The translations under genes were made by a program, and so were the position numbers. The notes beneath the pieces are model-generated. The model was given only the letters and a program-made list of their open reading frames with translations, ran no database searches and was not told the DNA's origin. Shown here piece after piece: positions 32,451-47,285 of a stretch of 64,000 nt of DNA. The DNA comes from Escherichia coli (GTDB lineage Bacteria > Pseudomonadota > Gammaproteobacteria > Enterobacterales > Enterobacteriaceae), in NCBI RefSeq assembly GCF_013315695.1, contig NZ_CP054353.1; one strand, 5' to 3'. How positions within the stretch are numbered: the stretch's first letter is position 1; each line of letters opens with the position of its first letter.

Positions 32451-32473
32451 TACTGCCGGGGCTCCCGGCAGTA
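32451..32473. terminator. hairpin between convergent yfeN and yfeR
   Basis: TACTGCCGGG-GCT-CCCGGCAGTA perfect 10-bp stem; flanking T-runs are weak. Confidence 0.5.
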
Positions 32474-32482
32474 TGAATAGCT

Positions 32483-33409
32483 CTATATCTGATACAGCGG
32501 ATCCCCTTCCCGCCCAGCCATTAGCGCACGGCCCTGGCCTCGTACCACGTCCCATAACGCTTGTGCGGCGGTGAAAAGTGAACGGTTCTTCCTGCGCACC
32601 AGCATCAACTGGCGTTCCACCACCGGCGTAATGCGCTTTACCACCAGCGGGCTACCTTCAGGCAATGGTAGCGCCAGTGCGGGAAGAATACTGATGCCGA
32701 TGCCTGCGGCTACCATCGGGAACAGCGTCGCCGGATGTCCAATCTCCTGCACAATATTCGCCTGAATACCATTGCGCGCCAGAGCTGCGTCAATCAGCGG
32801 TCGGCTGCCTGACGCGTAATCCTGCAACACCAATTTCGCTCCCTGTAATGCCTGCCAGGGGACATAATCTTCCGCGGCCAAAGCGCTATCGCGATGGCAA
32901 AGCAAGAAGAAAGGCTCGGAAAGAATCGCTTCACATTGCAGATCGCTCACTGAGCCTGGATCGATGACGATGCCAAAATCGACATCTCCCTGGCGAATAC
33001 TTTCCATCACCCACTGCTGCGGACGATCGTGCAGGACAAACTGAATATCTGGATAGCGGCGATGGCTTTCAGCAATGCATTGCGGAATAAGATGCGCGGA
33101 AATGGTCTGGCTGGCAGCGACCCGAACTTTTCCGCTCAGTTGTTGCCCCATACGCCCGGTATCGCGCAACGTGCTGTTAAGTTCATCCAGCAGTCGCTCA
33201 AGACGCAAAGCCAACTGCTGCCCTGCATCTGTAAGCACCACTTCACGCGTGGTTCTGTCCAGCAGGCGAACACCAGTATGATTTTCCAGCTCCTTCACAC
33301 TGTGACTCACTGCCGACTGGCTCAGGCCGATACGCTCTCCTGCACGACTAAAACTTTTCTCCTGCGCTACTGTGACGAAAACCTTTAATTGCTTTAAAGA
33401 ATAATTCAT
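32483..33409 (-). CDS. yfeR: LysR-type transcriptional regulator, 308 aa
   Basis: N-terminal LysR HTH ([38 protein letters not shown]). Confidence 0.8.
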   Translation of the reverse strand: MNYSLKQLKVFVTVAQEKSFSRAGERIGLSQSAVSHSVKELENHTGVRLLDRTTREVVLTDAGQQLALRLERLLDELNSTLRDTGRMGQQLSGKVRVAASQTISAHLIPQCIAESHRRYPDIQFVLHDRPQQWVMESIRQGDVDFGIVIDPGSVSDLQCEAILSEPFFLLCHRDSALAAEDYVPWQALQGAKLVLQDYASGSRPLIDAALARNGIQANIVQEIGHPATLFPMVAAGIGISILPALALPLPEGSPLVVKRITPVVERQLMLVRRKNRSLFTAAQALWDVVRGQGRALMAGREGDPLYQI

Positions 33410-33498
33410 CTGTTTTCTTCATGAATGGATGCAATAAATCAATTTTATTTCTCAAACTGGAAGAAGCACAATAGAACCATCGATCATCTGGAGTCTTT

Positions 33499-34497
33499 AT
33501 GAAACTTTTTCGTATCCTCGATCCTTTCACCTTAACCCTGATCACGGTGGTGTTGCTGGCCTCTTTCTTTCCGGCCAGAGGCGATTTCGTCCCCTTCTTT
33601 GAAAATCTGACCACTGCAGCTATTGCCCTGCTGTTCTTTATGCACGGCGCGAAGTTGTCGCGTGAGGCGATTATTGCTGGCGGTGGTCATTGGCGACTGC
33701 ATTTGTGGGTAATGTGCAGCACCTTCGTGCTGTTCCCAATTTTGGGCGTGCTGTTTGCCTGGTGGAAACCGGTAAATGTCGACCCGATGCTCTATTCCGG
33801 TTTTCTCTACTTGTGCATTCTTCCTGCTACCGTGCAGTCTGCAATCGCCTTCACGTCAATGGCGGGCGGTAACGTCGCGGCGGCGGTTTGTTCTGCGTCA
33901 GCATCCAGCCTGCTGGGGATTTTCCTTTCACCATTGCTGGTTGGTCTGGTGATGAATGTTCACGGTGCAGGGGGCAGCCTTGAGCAGGTCGGTAAAATTA
34001 TGCTGCAACTGCTGCTGCCGTTTGTGTTGGGGCATCTTTCCCGGCCGTGGATTGGTGACTGGGTGTCGCGCAATAAAAAATGGATTGCGAAAACTGACCA
34101 GACGTCCATTCTGTTGGTGGTTTATACGGCATTCAGCGAAGCCGTCGTTAACGGTATCTGGCACAAAGTTGGCTGGGGATCATTGCTGTTTATCGTGGTG
34201 GTCAGTTGCGTTCTTCTGGCTATCGTGATTGTAGTTAACGTCTTTATGGCACGCCGACTGGGCTTCAATAAGGCAGATGAAATTACTATCGTCTTTTGTG
34301 GTTCGAAAAAGAGTCTGGCAAATGGCATCCCGATGGCAAACATTCTGTTCCCCACATCGGTGATCGGTATGATGGTGCTGCCCCTGATGATTTTTCATCA
34401 GATCCAATTGATGGTCTGTGCGGTGCTGGCGCGTCGATACAAACGCCAGACCGAACAGTTACAGGCGCAGCAGGAAAGCAGCGCCGATAAAGCTTAA
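33499..34497 (+). CDS. yfeH: putative Na+-dependent transporter (bile acid:sodium symporter superfamily), 332 aa
   Basis: Polytopic membrane protein; divergent from yfeR. Confidence 0.8.
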   Translation: MKLFRILDPFTLTLITVVLLASFFPARGDFVPFFENLTTAAIALLFFMHGAKLSREAIIAGGGHWRLHLWVMCSTFVLFPILGVLFAWWKPVNVDPMLYSGFLYLCILPATVQSAIAFTSMAGGNVAAAVCSASASSLLGIFLSPLLVGLVMNVHGAGGSLEQVGKIMLQLLLPFVLGHLSRPWIGDWVSRNKKWIAKTDQTSILLVVYTAFSEAVVNGIWHKVGWGSLLFIVVVSCVLLAIVIVVNVFMARRLGFNKADEITIVFCGSKKSLANGIPMANILFPTSVIGMMVLPLMIFHQIQLMVCAVLARRYKRQTEQLQAQQESSADKA

Positions 34498-34712
34498 AGC
34501 GGACGCTTCAGGGGCTGGACCAGTTGCGTCAGCCCCTCGGTTTTAATCAGCAGCGTGATTTGCATTAGCTCACCGAGCTTCCCTGCCGGGAACTCATCTT
34601 TGCGGGCAAACCACAGCAGATACTCCTCCGGCAGGTCGATTAAGCGACGCCCTTTGTACTTGCCAAACGGCATTATCGTATTGGCTATTTCAATCAGCTG
34701 CTCTTTTTCCAT
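34494..34712 (-). CDS. ypeB: small conserved protein (YpeB-like), 72 aa
   Basis: ORF 34494-34805; chose ATG giving MEKEQLIEIANTIMPFGKYKGRRL...; stop codon overlaps the yfeH stop on the opposite strand (TTAA); start 1 bp after the ligA stop. Confidence 0.7.
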   Translation of the reverse strand: MEKEQLIEIANTIMPFGKYKGRRLIDLPEEYLLWFARKDEFPAGKLGELMQITLLIKTEGLTQLVQPLKRPL

Positions 34713-34713
34713 C

Positions 34714-36738
<2,025 letters not shown>

Positions 36739-36799
36739 TCAATGCTAAAAACCCCCGACAAGCGGGGGTTCGAAGAGGAGTTAATTTGCCTTAAGTGTA

Positions 36800-37798
36800 T
36801 CAGGCGTTGGCGTCTTTGACTTCGCGGATGATGTCCTGGTACTCGCGCAATTTCTGCGGAGTCATCATACGGCGCTGATCGTCAAGCACTACACCGCCCA
36901 CTTCATCGGCAATATGCTGCGCAGATTGCAGCATCAGCTTGAAGTTCTGCAGCTCGTCACCGTAAGACGGTACCTGCATAAAGATAGTGACACCCGGAGT
37001 AGTGAAATCCTTCATTTCAGGATCAAAGGTTCCCGGTTTCACCATATTCGCCAGGCTAAATAACGCCGGGCCGCTGCCATCCGGGCTAAGATGACGATGG
37101 TAAATATTCATATCGCCAAAAATGAAGCCCGCTTGTTGAATGCTGTTAAGAAGCAGTTCACCGTTTAGCTCGCTACCGTGATGCGCCGCGACGTTCATGA
37201 TAATCACCGCTTCTTTGCGCTTCGGTTTATCCATAACTGGAGCCGGTTCCGCTACAGGCTCAGGCTGTGGTGCCGCTACAGGCTCTGCAGGCTGGAAAGC
37301 CTGTTGTGCCGGTTGCGGTGCTGAATGCACTGGCTGCGGCGCTGATGCGACCTGTGGCGAAACTGGCTGCTGCAACGGCTGTTCAGGCTGCGGCTGATAG
37401 GCAGGCTGCTGCACGGGTTGCTGCACCGGCTGCGCTGGACGCGGAGCATGTTGCGGCGGTACCTGAGCTTCAGGCGGCTGCTGGACCGGTTGACGCGGCT
37501 GCGCAGACGCATAAGGCGGTTGGTACTGGTGTTGCGGCGACGGACGAGCAGCCTCATGCTCCTGGGCGTTAGCCGGGGCATGATTCACGCGGTGAACTCG
37601 AACCTCACCAACGCCCTCATCATCTTCGACATCCTCGTCATAAGAATCGTCGTCACGTTTTGACTTCATTCGTTTTAATGGCCGATCGCGGAACATAGAA
37701 GATCGTTCTTTACGGCTGGTCCAGAAACCATGTACCAGTAAAGCGATTATGGCGATCGCGCCAACAATGATTAATATCAGACGCAAATCCTGCATCAT
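36800..37798 (-). CDS. zipA: cell division protein ZipA (FtsZ membrane anchor), 332 aa here
   Basis: ORF 36800-37849; chose tandem ATG ATG at 37798 ([15 protein letters not shown] anchor); charged region, long P/Q-rich linker, C-terminal FtsZ-binding domain. Confidence 0.9.
37200..37560 (-). repeat. low-complexity P/Q-rich coding repeat (ZipA linker)
   Basis: Reiterated CAGCCG/CAGCAG-rich units encoding PQ(P/A)VQQP-type repeats; biased composition visible on both strands. Confidence 0.5.
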
Positions 37799-38027
37799 TA
37801 TATTCTCTGTTGTTCTAACACCTTGCCACCACGGCAAACATTTACTCACTAAGAGTATTTGCCGATTACCTCAAGTGCAAGTGCACTATTAACTTTCACA
37901 GCACAAAGATAGATGAAATCGTGCTTTTTGCTGTTTTTTCGAACATATCCTAACTGTCCATTGCGCAATTACCCGGTAAAATACGCAGAATTTTCCTGGG
38001 ATTGGTCAAAAGGAGCTCATCCTGATT

Positions 38028-38789
38028 ATGGTTTCATCATTCACATCTGCCCCACGCAGCGGTTTTTACTATTTTGCGCAAGGCTGGAAGCTCGTCTCGC
38101 AACCTGGGATTCGGCGTTTCGTTATTTTACCGCTGCTGGTCAATATTTTGTTGATGGGGGGCGCATTCTGGTGGCTATTTACGCAGCTCGATGTCTGGAT
38201 CCCGACGCTCATGAGTTATGTTCCGGACTGGTTACAATGGCTGAGCTATCTGTTGTGGCCTCTGGCAGTCATCTCCGTGCTGTTAGTGTTTGGCTATTTC
38301 TTCTCAACGATTGCTAACTGGATTGCCGCTCCGTTCAACGGTTTATTGGCTGAACAACTGGAAGCAAGATTGACTGGCGCTACACCGCCAGATACCGGGA
38401 TTTTCGGTATCATGAAAGATGTGCCGCGAATCATGAAACGCGAATGGCAAAAATTTGCCTGGTATCTGCCGCGCGCAATTGTATTGCTAATTCTTTACTT
38501 CATCCCTGGTATTGGGCAAACCGTCGCGCCGGTACTATGGTTCCTGTTTAGCGCCTGGATGTTAGCCATCCAGTATTGCGATTACCCCTTCGATAACCAC
38601 AAAGTGCCGTTTAAAGAGATGCGCACCGCCCTGCGCACACGCAAAATCACCAATATGCAGTTTGGTGCTTTAACCAGCCTGTTTACGATGATCCCGCTGC
38701 TTAATCTGTTCATTATGCCCGTTGCCGTTTGTGGCGCGACGGCGATGTGGGTCGATTGCTATCGCGATAAACACGCCATGTGGCGGTAA
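38028..38789 (+). CDS. cysZ: sulfate transporter CysZ, 253 aa
   Basis: Polytopic membrane protein immediately upstream of cysK. Confidence 0.9.
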
Positions 38790-38827
38790 CAATCTACCGG
38801 TTATTTTGTAAACCGTTTGTATGAAAC

Positions 38828-38850
38828 AGGGGTGGCTTATGCCGCCCCTT
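38828..38850 (+). terminator. hairpin after cysZ
   Basis: AGGGGTGGC-TTAT-GCCGCCCCT stem (one G-U pair) followed by a T-rich stretch. Confidence 0.45.
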
Positions 38851-38973
38851 ATTCCATCTTGCATGTCATTATTTCCCTTCTGCATATAGATATGCTAAAT
38901 CCTTACTTCCGCATATTCTCTGAGCGGGTATGCTACCTGTTGTATCCCAATTTCATACAGTTAAGGACAGGCC

Positions 38974-39945
38974 ATGAGTAAGATTTTTGAAGATAACTCG
39001 CTGACTATCGGTCACACGCCGCTGGTTCGCCTGAATCGCATCGGTAACGGACGCATTCTGGCGAAGGTGGAATCTCGTAACCCCAGCTTCAGCGTTAAGT
39101 GCCGTATCGGTGCCAACATGATTTGGGATGCCGAAAAGCGCGGCGTGCTGAAACCAGGCGTTGAACTGGTTGAACCAACCAGCGGTAATACCGGGATTGC
39201 ACTGGCCTATGTCGCTGCCGCTCGCGGTTACAAACTTACCCTGACCATGCCAGAAACCATGAGTATTGAACGCCGCAAGCTGCTGAAAGCGTTAGGTGCA
39301 AACCTGGTGCTGACCGAAGGTGCTAAAGGCATGAAAGGCGCAATCCAAAAAGCAGAAGAAATTGTCGCCAGCAATCCAGAGAAATACCTGCTGCTGCAAC
39401 AATTCAGCAATCCGGCAAACCCTGAAATTCACGAAAAAACCACCGGTCCGGAGATCTGGGAAGATACCGACGGTCAGGTTGATGTATTTATTGCTGGCGT
39501 TGGGACTGGCGGTACGCTGACTGGCGTCAGCCGCTACATTAAAGGCACCAAAGGCAAGACCGATCTTATCTCTGTCGCCGTTGAGCCAACCGATTCTCCA
39601 GTTATCGCCCAGGCGCTGGCAGGTGAAGAGATTAAACCTGGCCCGCATAAAATTCAGGGTATTGGCGCTGGTTTTATCCCGGCTAACCTCGATCTCAAGC
39701 TGGTCGACAAAGTCATTGGCATCACCAATGAAGAAGCCATTTCTACCGCACGTCGTCTGATGGAAGAAGAAGGTATTCTTGCTGGTATCTCTTCTGGAGC
39801 AGCTGTTGCCGCGGCGTTGAAACTACAAGAAGATGAAAGCTTTACCAACAAGAATATTGTGGTTATTCTACCATCATCGGGTGAGCGTTATTTAAGCACC
39901 GCATTGTTTGCCGATCTCTTCACTGAGAAAGAACTGCAACAGTAA
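38974..39945 (+). CDS. cysK: cysteine synthase A (O-acetylserine sulfhydrylase A), 323 aa
   Basis: PLP-lysine motif SVKCRIG and GTGGT loop. Confidence 0.95.
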   Translation: MSKIFEDNSLTIGHTPLVRLNRIGNGRILAKVESRNPSFSVKCRIGANMIWDAEKRGVLKPGVELVEPTSGNTGIALAYVAAARGYKLTLTMPETMSIERRKLLKALGANLVLTEGAKGMKGAIQKAEEIVASNPEKYLLLQQFSNPANPEIHEKTTGPEIWEDTDGQVDVFIAGVGTGGTLTGVSRYIKGTKGKTDLISVAVEPTDSPVIAQALAGEEIKPGPHKIQGIGAGFIPANLDLKLVDKVIGITNEEAISTARRLMEEEGILAGISSGAAVAAALKLQEDESFTNKNIVVILPSSGERYLSTALFADLFTEKELQQ

Positions 39946-39970
39946 TGCCAGCTTGTTAAAAATGCGTAAA

Positions 39971-39996
39971 AAAGCACCTTTTCAGGTGCTTTTTTG
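39971..39996 (+). terminator. cysK rho-independent terminator
   Basis: AGCACCT-TTTC-AGGTGCT stem followed by TTTTTTG. Confidence 0.65.
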
Positions 39997-40328
39997 TGGC
40001 CTGCTTCAAACTTTCGCCCCTCCTGGCATTGATTCAGCCTGTCGGAACTGGTATTTAACCAGACTAATTATTTTGATGCGCGAAATTAATCGTTACAGGA
40101 AAAGCCAAAGCTGAATCGATTTTATGATTTGGTTCAATTCTTCCTTTAGCGGCATAATGTTTAATGACGTACGAAACGTCAGCGGTCAACACCCGCCAGC
40201 AATGGACTGTATTGCGCTCTTCGTGCGTCGCGTCTGTTAAAAACTGGCGCTAACAATACAGGCTAAAGTCGAACCGCCAGGCTAGACTTTAGTTCCACAA
40301 CACTAAACCTATAAGTTGGGGAAATACA

Positions 40329-40586
40329 ATGTTCCAGCAAGAAGTTACCATTACCGCTCCGAACGGTCTGCACACCCGCCCTGCTGCCCAGTTTGTAAAA
40401 GAAGCTAAGGGCTTCACTTCTGAAATTACTGTGACTTCCAACGGCAAAAGCGCCAGCGCGAAAAGCCTGTTTAAACTGCAGACTCTGGGCCTGACTCAAG
40501 GTACCGTTGTGACTATCTCCGCAGAAGGCGAAGACGAGCAGAAAGCGGTTGAACATCTGGTTAAACTGATGGCGGAACTCGAGTAA
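40329..40586 (+). CDS. ptsH: phosphocarrier protein HPr, 85 aa
   Basis: [23 protein letters not shown] with active-site His15. Confidence 0.97.
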
Positions 40587-40630
40587 TTTCCCGGGTTCTT
40601 TTAAAAATCAGTCACAAGTAAGGTAGGGTT

Positions 40631-42358
40631 ATGATTTCAGGCATTTTAGCATCCCCGGGTATCGCTTTCGGTAAAGCTCTGCTTCTGAAAGAAGACGAAA
40701 TTGTCATTGACCGGAAAAAAATTTCTGCCGACCAGGTTGATCAGGAAGTTGAACGTTTTCTGAGCGGTCGTGCCAAGGCATCAGCCCAGCTGGAAACGAT
40801 CAAAACGAAAGCTGGTGAAACGTTCGGTGAAGAAAAAGAAGCCATCTTTGAAGGGCATATTATGCTGCTCGAAGATGAGGAGCTGGAGCAGGAAATCATA
40901 GCCCTGATTAAAGATAAGCACATGACAGCTGACGCAGCTGCTCATGAAGTTATCGAAGGTCAGGCTTCTGCCTTGGAAGAGCTGGATGATGAATACCTGA
41001 AAGAACGTGCGGCTGACGTACGTGATATCGGTAAGCGCCTGCTGCGCAACATCCTGGGCCTGAAGATTATCGACCTGAGCGCCATTCAGGATGAAGTCAT
41101 TCTGGTTGCCGCTGACCTGACGCCGTCCGAAACCGCACAGCTGAACCTGAAGAAGGTGCTGGGTTTCATCACCGACGCGGGTGGCCGTACTTCCCACACC
41201 TCTATCATGGCGCGTTCTCTGGAACTGCCTGCTATCGTGGGTACCGGTAGCGTCACCTCTCAGGTGAAAAATGACGACTATCTGATTCTGGATGCCGTAA
41301 ATAATCAGGTTTACGTCAATCCAACCAACGAAGTTATTGATAAAATGCGCGCTGTTCAGGAGCAAGTGGCTTCTGAAAAAGCAGAGCTTGCTAAACTGAA
41401 AGATCTGCCAGCTATTACGCTGGACGGTCACCAGGTAGAAGTGTGCGCTAACATTGGTACGGTTCGTGACGTTGAAGGTGCAGAGCGTAACGGCGCTGAA
41501 GGCGTTGGTCTGTATCGTACTGAGTTCCTGTTCATGGACCGCGACGCGCTGCCCACTGAAGAAGAACAGTTTGCTGCTTACAAAGCAGTGGCTGAAGCGT
41601 GTGGCTCGCAGGCGGTTATCGTTCGTACCATGGACATCGGCGGCGACAAAGAGCTGCCATACATGAACTTCCCGAAAGAAGAGAACCCGTTCCTCGGCTG
41701 GCGCGCTATCCGTATCGCGATGGATCGTAAAGAGATCCTGCGCGATCAGCTCCGCGCTATCCTGCGTGCCTCGGCTTTCGGTAAATTGCGCATTATGTTC
41801 CCGATGATCATCTCTGTTGAAGAAGTGCGTGCACTGCGCAAAGAGATCGAAATCTACAAACAGGAACTGCGCGACGAAGGTAAAGCGTTTGACGAGTCAA
41901 TTGAAATCGGCGTAATGGTGGAAACACCGGCTGCCGCAACAATTGCACGTCATTTAGCCAAAGAAGTTGATTTCTTTAGTATCGGCACCAATGATTTAAC
42001 GCAGTACACTCTGGCAGTTGACCGTGGTAATGATATGATTTCACACCTTTACCAGCCAATGTCACCGTCCGTGCTGAACTTGATCAAGCAAGTTATTGAT
42101 GCTTCTCATGCTGAAGGCAAATGGACTGGCATGTGTGGTGAGCTTGCTGGCGATGAACGTGCTACACTTCTGTTGCTGGGGATGGGTCTGGACGAATTCT
42201 CTATGAGCGCCATTTCTATCCCGCGCATTAAGAAGATTATCCGTAACACGAACTTCGAAGATGCGAAGGTGTTAGCAGAGCAGGCTCTTGCTCAACCGAC
42301 AACGGACGAGTTAATGACGCTGGTTAACAAGTTCATTGAAGAAAAAACAATCTGCTAA
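40631..42358 (+). CDS. ptsI: PTS enzyme I, 575 aa
   Basis: Full-length EI with phospho-His region ([21 protein letters not shown]) and PEP-utilising domain. Confidence 0.97.
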   Translation: MISGILASPGIAFGKALLLKEDEIVIDRKKISADQVDQEVERFLSGRAKASAQLETIKTKAGETFGEEKEAIFEGHIMLLEDEELEQEIIALIKDKHMTADAAAHEVIEGQASALEELDDEYLKERAADVRDIGKRLLRNILGLKIIDLSAIQDEVILVAADLTPSETAQLNLKKVLGFITDAGGRTSHTSIMARSLELPAIVGTGSVTSQVKNDDYLILDAVNNQVYVNPTNEVIDKMRAVQEQVASEKAELAKLKDLPAITLDGHQVEVCANIGTVRDVEGAERNGAEGVGLYRTEFLFMDRDALPTEEEQFAAYKAVAEACGSQAVIVRTMDIGGDKELPYMNFPKEENPFLGWRAIRIAMDRKEILRDQLRAILRASAFGKLRIMFPMIISVEEVRALRKEIEIYKQELRDEGKAFDESIEIGVMVETPAAATIARHLAKEVDFFSIGTNDLTQYTLAVDRGNDMISHLYQPMSPSVLNLIKQVIDASHAEGKWTGMCGELAGDERATLLLLGMGLDEFSMSAISIPRIKKIIRNTNFEDAKVLAEQALAQPTTDELMTLVNKFIEEKTIC

Positions 42359-42398
42359 TCCACGAGATGCGGCCCAATTTACTGCTTAGGAGAAGATC

Positions 42399-42908
42399 AT
42401 GGGTTTGTTCGATAAACTGAAATCTCTGGTTTCCGACGACAAGAAGGATACCGGAACTATTGAGATCATTGCTCCGCTCTCTGGCGAGATCGTCAATATC
42501 GAAGACGTGCCGGATGTCGTTTTTGCGGAAAAAATCGTTGGTGATGGCATTGCTATCAAACCAACGGGTAACAAAATGGTCGCGCCTGTAGACGGCACCA
42601 TTGGTAAAATCTTTGAAACCAACCACGCGTTCTCTATCGAATCTGATAGCGGCGTTGAATTGTTCGTCCACTTCGGTATCGACACCGTTGAACTGAAAGG
42701 CGAAGGCTTCAAGCGTATTGCTGAAGAAGGTCAGCGCGTGAAAGTTGGCGATACCGTGATTGAATTCGATCTGCCGCTGCTGGAAGAGAAAGCCAAGTCT
42801 ACCCTGACTCCGGTTGTTATCTCCAACATGGACGAAATCAAAGAACTGATCAAACTGTCCGGTAGCGTAACCGTGGGTGAAACCCCGGTTATCCGCATCA
42901 AGAAGTAA
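42399..42908 (+). CDS. crr: glucose-specific PTS EIIA (Crr), 169 aa
   Basis: EIIA-Glc sequence [39 protein letters not shown]. Confidence 0.97.
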
Positions 42909-42922
42909 TTCTTGCCGCAGTG

Positions 42923-42950
42923 AAAAATGGCGCCCATCGGCGCCATTTTT
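42923..42950. terminator. bidirectional terminator shared by crr and pdxK
   Basis: AAAAATGGCGCC-CATC-GGCGCCATTTTT perfect 12-bp stem with A-run and T-run arms, abutting the pdxK stop. Confidence 0.75.
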
Positions 42951-43802
42951 TTATGCTTCAGCCAGAGGCGGCAAAATCAATTCATCGCTCTCATGCTGCT
43001 GGGTATAGCGCATCACTTCCAGTACGCGCAACCCCGCGCGGTGCACCGCATCGTTTAACGCCTTCCCTTTCAGCAAACCACTGATAAGCTGAGCACAAAA
43101 CAGGTCGCCAGTCCCTTTCAGGTCGGTTTTTACCCGTGAATGGGAAATGACATTCACGCTGTCGGCACTCACCACCACCACCTGCATCTCCTGATTTTCT
43201 TCATTGCCGGAGGCGCTGGTAATCACCACCCATTTTAATGTGTCTGAAAGCAGACTTTTTGCGGCAGCAATGGCACTGTCGAGATCGCGGCAATCTTTAC
43301 CGGTCAGGATTTCCAGCTCAAAGATATTGGGGGTAATTCCCTGTGCCAGCGGCAGTAAATATTGTCGATACGCCTCGGGAAGGTCAGGTTTGACATAAAT
43401 TCCGCTATCAATATCGCCAATCACCGGATCGACCATGATCAATAGGTCAGGATGGTCTTTGCGTAGCGCAGTCAGCCACTCGGCAAGGATTTTGATTTGC
43501 GATGCCGTTCCCATATAGCCCGTGGTTACAGCACGAAGTTGGCGCAGCGCATCACGCTCCTGAAGCGCACGCAAATAACCGCTAAACCATTCATCCGGAA
43601 TCGCACCACCGTAGAAAGTGTCATAATGCGGCGTATTGCTCAGCAATACCGTCGGCACGGCAAAGACATTCAGGCCGTTCTGTTTGATAGCAGGCACCGC
43701 AATGCTGTTGCCTACGCTGCCGTACACTACCTGCGACTGCACGGCAACGATATCCGCCTGCAGTGCCCTGCTCTTATCGTTAAACAACAACAAACTACTC
43801 AT
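42951..43802 (-). CDS. pdxK: pyridoxal/pyridoxine/pyridoxamine kinase, 283 aa
   Basis: PfkB/ribokinase-like fold with PdxK-type sequence. Confidence 0.9.
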   Translation of the reverse strand: MSSLLLFNDKSRALQADIVAVQSQVVYGSVGNSIAVPAIKQNGLNVFAVPTVLLSNTPHYDTFYGGAIPDEWFSGYLRALQERDALRQLRAVTTGYMGTASQIKILAEWLTALRKDHPDLLIMVDPVIGDIDSGIYVKPDLPEAYRQYLLPLAQGITPNIFELEILTGKDCRDLDSAIAAAKSLLSDTLKWVVITSASGNEENQEMQVVVVSADSVNVISHSRVKTDLKGTGDLFCAQLISGLLKGKALNDAVHRAGLRVLEVMRYTQQHESDELILPPLAEA

Positions 43803-43815
43803 TTAATTTTTTCTC

Positions 43816-43881
<66 letters not shown>

Positions 43882-43882
43882 C

Positions 43883-44275
<393 letters not shown>

Positions 44276-44277
44276 TC

Positions 44278-45189
44278 TTAAATCCCCGCCCCCTGGCTAA
44301 AATGCTCTTCCCCAAACACCCCGGTAGAAAGGTAGCGATCGCCACGATCGCAGATGATCGCCACCACCACCGCGCCAGGGTTAGCTTTTGCCACCCGCAG
44401 TGCTCCGGCAACCGCGCCGCCGGAGCTGACGCCACAGAATATTCCTTCCCGCGCCGCCAGTTCGCGCATAGTGTTTTCCGCATCGCGCTGATGAATATCC
44501 AGCACCTCATCCACCAGAGAAGCGTTGAAAATCCCCGGCAGATATTCCGCAGGCCAGCGGCGAATGCCTGGAATACTGCTGCCTTCTTCCGGCTGCAGGC
44601 CAACAATCGTCACCGGTTTGGATTGTTCGCGCATAAAGCGTGACACGCCGGTGATAGTGCCGGTTGTTCCCATGCTGGAGACAAAATGGGTAATGCGCCC
44701 GCCGGTTTGCTGCCAGATTTCCGGTCCGGTAGTGGTGTAATGGGCGTAAGGGTTATCGGGATTATTGAACTGATCGAGCAGCTTTCCTTCACCACGATTG
44801 GCCATCTCCAGCGCCAGATCGCGCGCACCTTCCATGCCCTGCTCTTTGGTGACCAGAATCAGTTCCGCACCGTAGGCACGCATTGCCGCACGGCGTTCCT
44901 GGCTCATGTTGTCGGGCATCAGCAATTTCATGCGATAGCCTTTAAGCGCGGCAATCATTGCCAGCGCAATGCCGGTGTTACCACTGGTGGCTTCGATCAG
45001 CACGTCACCCGGTTTAATTTCCCCGCGCTTTTCCGCCTCGACGATCATCGAAAGTGCCGCACGATCTTTTACCGAACCTGCCGGGTTATTGCCTTCCAGT
45101 TTCAACCAGACTTCACTGCCGTTATTCGGCCCCATTCGCTGCAACTTCACCAGAGGCGTATTGCCAATTGTTTGTTCTAATGTACTCAC
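44278..45189 (-). CDS. cysM: cysteine synthase B (O-acetylserine sulfhydrylase B), 303 aa
   Basis: ORF 44278-45267; chose GTG at 45189 giving (M)STLEQTIGNTPLVKL; PLP-lysine motif SVKDRAA. Confidence 0.9.
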   Translation of the reverse strand: MSTLEQTIGNTPLVKLQRMGPNNGSEVWLKLEGNNPAGSVKDRAALSMIVEAEKRGEIKPGDVLIEATSGNTGIALAMIAALKGYRMKLLMPDNMSQERRAAMRAYGAELILVTKEQGMEGARDLALEMANRGEGKLLDQFNNPDNPYAHYTTTGPEIWQQTGGRITHFVSSMGTTGTITGVSRFMREQSKPVTIVGLQPEEGSSIPGIRRWPAEYLPGIFNASLVDEVLDIHQRDAENTMRELAAREGIFCGVSSGGAVAGALRVAKANPGAVVVAIICDRGDRYLSTGVFGEEHFSQGAGI

Positions 45190-45212
45190 GATCTCTGTCC
45201 ATACGTGGTGTT

Positions 45213-45248
45213 GCCTGATGCGACGCTTGCGCGTCTTATCAGGCCTAC
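45213..45248. repeat. REP element between cysA and cysM
   Basis: GCCTGATGCGACGCTTGCGCGTCTTATCAGGCCTAC, near-identical to the REP at 16345-16380. Confidence 0.8.
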
Positions 45249-45322
45249 AGGTTACAAACCTTGCCATTAAAAAGCCCGGATCGCGGGAAGCGCCTCCGGG
45301 CGTTTAACATTCACTCAACCTA

Positions 45323-46420
45323 TCAGGCGCTTTGTGCGAGAGCAAGTTCCTCATCGCGGGTTTCAATACGCTCGTCGCCGTTATACAGCCGCGCATGTTG
45401 CAGACCAACGAATAAACGCTCGCCACGCTGCGGGGCATCGTCGCCATGCATCACAACCGTCAGCGCTTCGTTGTACCACCCCAGCGGCTGCACGACTAAT
45501 TGGGTGTAGTGGCCTTTCGGGCTGGCTTCCAGTACCTGTACCGGCAGCGGCGAATCGAGGCTGGTACGGCGGCTGATATCCACTTCCCACGGACGCAGGA
45601 AGAGATCCACTGGCCCCTGATACGCAGGTGTATAGCCCAGCGGCCAGCGATGTGCGCCAACATGGAACTGCCCGCCGCGAATGGTTCCCTGCAGGCGGTT
45701 CACTTCGCCCATAAATTCGAGTACAAAACGGGTCGCTGGTTCGCGCCATACCTGGTCCGGTGCATCAGCCTGCTCGATATTGCCCTGGCTCATCACCACC
45801 ACACGATCGGCTACTTCGGTCGCTTCTTCCTGATCATGGGTCACAAACACGCTGGTGAATTTCAGCTCTTCATGTAACTGACGCAGCCAGCGACGCAACT
45901 CTTTACGCACCTGCGCATCCAGCGCGCCAAACGGTTCATCAAGCAGCAGAATTTGCGGTTCTACAGCCAGCGCGCGCGCCAGTGCCACACGCTGTTTCTG
46001 GCCGCCGGAAAGCTGTGCTGGATAACGATCCGCCAGATGCGCAAGCTGCACCATCTCCAGCAAGTTTGTCACTTTCGCTTTGATAGCTGCGGCATTCGGG
46101 CGCTCGCGACGCGGCAGCACCGTCAGGCCGAAAGCGATATTGTCGAACACCGTCATATGGCGGAACAGCGCGTAATGCTGAAACACGAAACCGACTTTAC
46201 GATCGCGCGCATGCAGGCGGCTGACGTCGGTGCCGTGGAAGCGAATATGCCCGCTGGTTTGATGCTCCAGCCCGGCGATAATTCGCAGCAGCGTGGTTTT
46301 CCCGGAACCGGACGGCCCCAGCAACGCGACCATCTGACCAGAAGGAATATCCAGTGAGATATCGTTCAGCACCTGGGTGCGACCAAAAGACTTCTTAATA
46401 TTGGCAATCTCAATGCTCAT
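45323..46420 (-). CDS. cysA: sulfate/thiosulfate ABC transporter ATPase, 365 aa
   Basis: Walker [13 protein letters not shown] signature LSGGQKQR, Walker B LLLDEP. Confidence 0.95.
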   Translation of the reverse strand: MSIEIANIKKSFGRTQVLNDISLDIPSGQMVALLGPSGSGKTTLLRIIAGLEHQTSGHIRFHGTDVSRLHARDRKVGFVFQHYALFRHMTVFDNIAFGLTVLPRRERPNAAAIKAKVTNLLEMVQLAHLADRYPAQLSGGQKQRVALARALAVEPQILLLDEPFGALDAQVRKELRRWLRQLHEELKFTSVFVTHDQEEATEVADRVVVMSQGNIEQADAPDQVWREPATRFVLEFMGEVNRLQGTIRGGQFHVGAHRWPLGYTPAYQGPVDLFLRPWEVDISRRTSLDSPLPVQVLEASPKGHYTQLVVQPLGWYNEALTVVMHGDDAPQRGERLFVGLQHARLYNGDERIETRDEELALAQSA

Positions 46421-47285
46421 GATGTTCCTCCTGCTGCGCGCGTTTTTCCTGATTCTCCAGACGCCACTGCAACATACTCTTTAAAAACAGGGTGATAATC
46501 GCCATCAGCGTCAACAACGCGGCAGCGGTAAAGGAGCCGACGGTGTTGTAGTCCTGCTCCAGCAATTCAATCTGTAACGGCAGCGAAAGTGTTTCGCCGC
46601 GAATCGAGCCGGAAACCACCGACACCGCACCAAACTCGCCAATCGCGCGGGCGTTGGTCAGCACCACGCCATAAAGCAGCGCCCAGCGGATGTTCGGCAG
46701 CGTGACGCGACGGAACATCTGCCAGCCAGATGCGCCCAGCAAAATCGCTGCTTCGTCTTCCTGGCTGCCCTGGCTTAACATTACCGGCACCAGCTCGCGC
46801 ACCACAAACGGACAGGTCACGAAGATGGTGACCAGCACCATTCCCGGCCAGGAGAACATAATTTGCAGGTTATGCTCATCCAGCCAGCCACCGAGCGGGC
46901 CGTTAGAGCCGTAAAACAGCAGATACACCAGACCGGCAACCACCGGCGACACGGCAAACGGAATGTCCAGCAGCGTCAGCAGCAACTGGCGTCCGGGGAA
47001 GTTAAAGCGCGTCACCAGCCAGGCCAGCAGAATGCCGAACACCAGGTTCACCGGCACGGCAATCAGCGCAATCATCACCGTCAGCCAGATGGCGTGCAGC
47101 ATGTCCGGATCGGCCAGATTCTGTAAAACTGGCATCAGCCCTTTGCTGAATGCCTGCACGAAGATGTAAATCATCGGCACCAGCAGGATGAACGCCGAAA
47201 CCAGCATCCCGATGCCAATCAGAAACCATTTGCCCCAGTTAATCGGGCGCGCGTCATAACGCTTCAATTGGGTAACTTCCGCCAT
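46410..47285 (-). CDS. cysW: sulfate/thiosulfate ABC transporter permease, 291 aa
   Basis: Membrane permease; 11-nt overlap with cysA start. Confidence 0.9.
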   Translation of the reverse strand: MAEVTQLKRYDARPINWGKWFLIGIGMLVSAFILLVPMIYIFVQAFSKGLMPVLQNLADPDMLHAIWLTVMIALIAVPVNLVFGILLAWLVTRFNFPGRQLLLTLLDIPFAVSPVVAGLVYLLFYGSNGPLGGWLDEHNLQIMFSWPGMVLVTIFVTCPFVVRELVPVMLSQGSQEDEAAILLGASGWQMFRRVTLPNIRWALLYGVVLTNARAIGEFGAVSVVSGSIRGETLSLPLQIELLEQDYNTVGSFTAAALLTLMAIITLFLKSMLQWRLENQEKRAQQEEHHEH

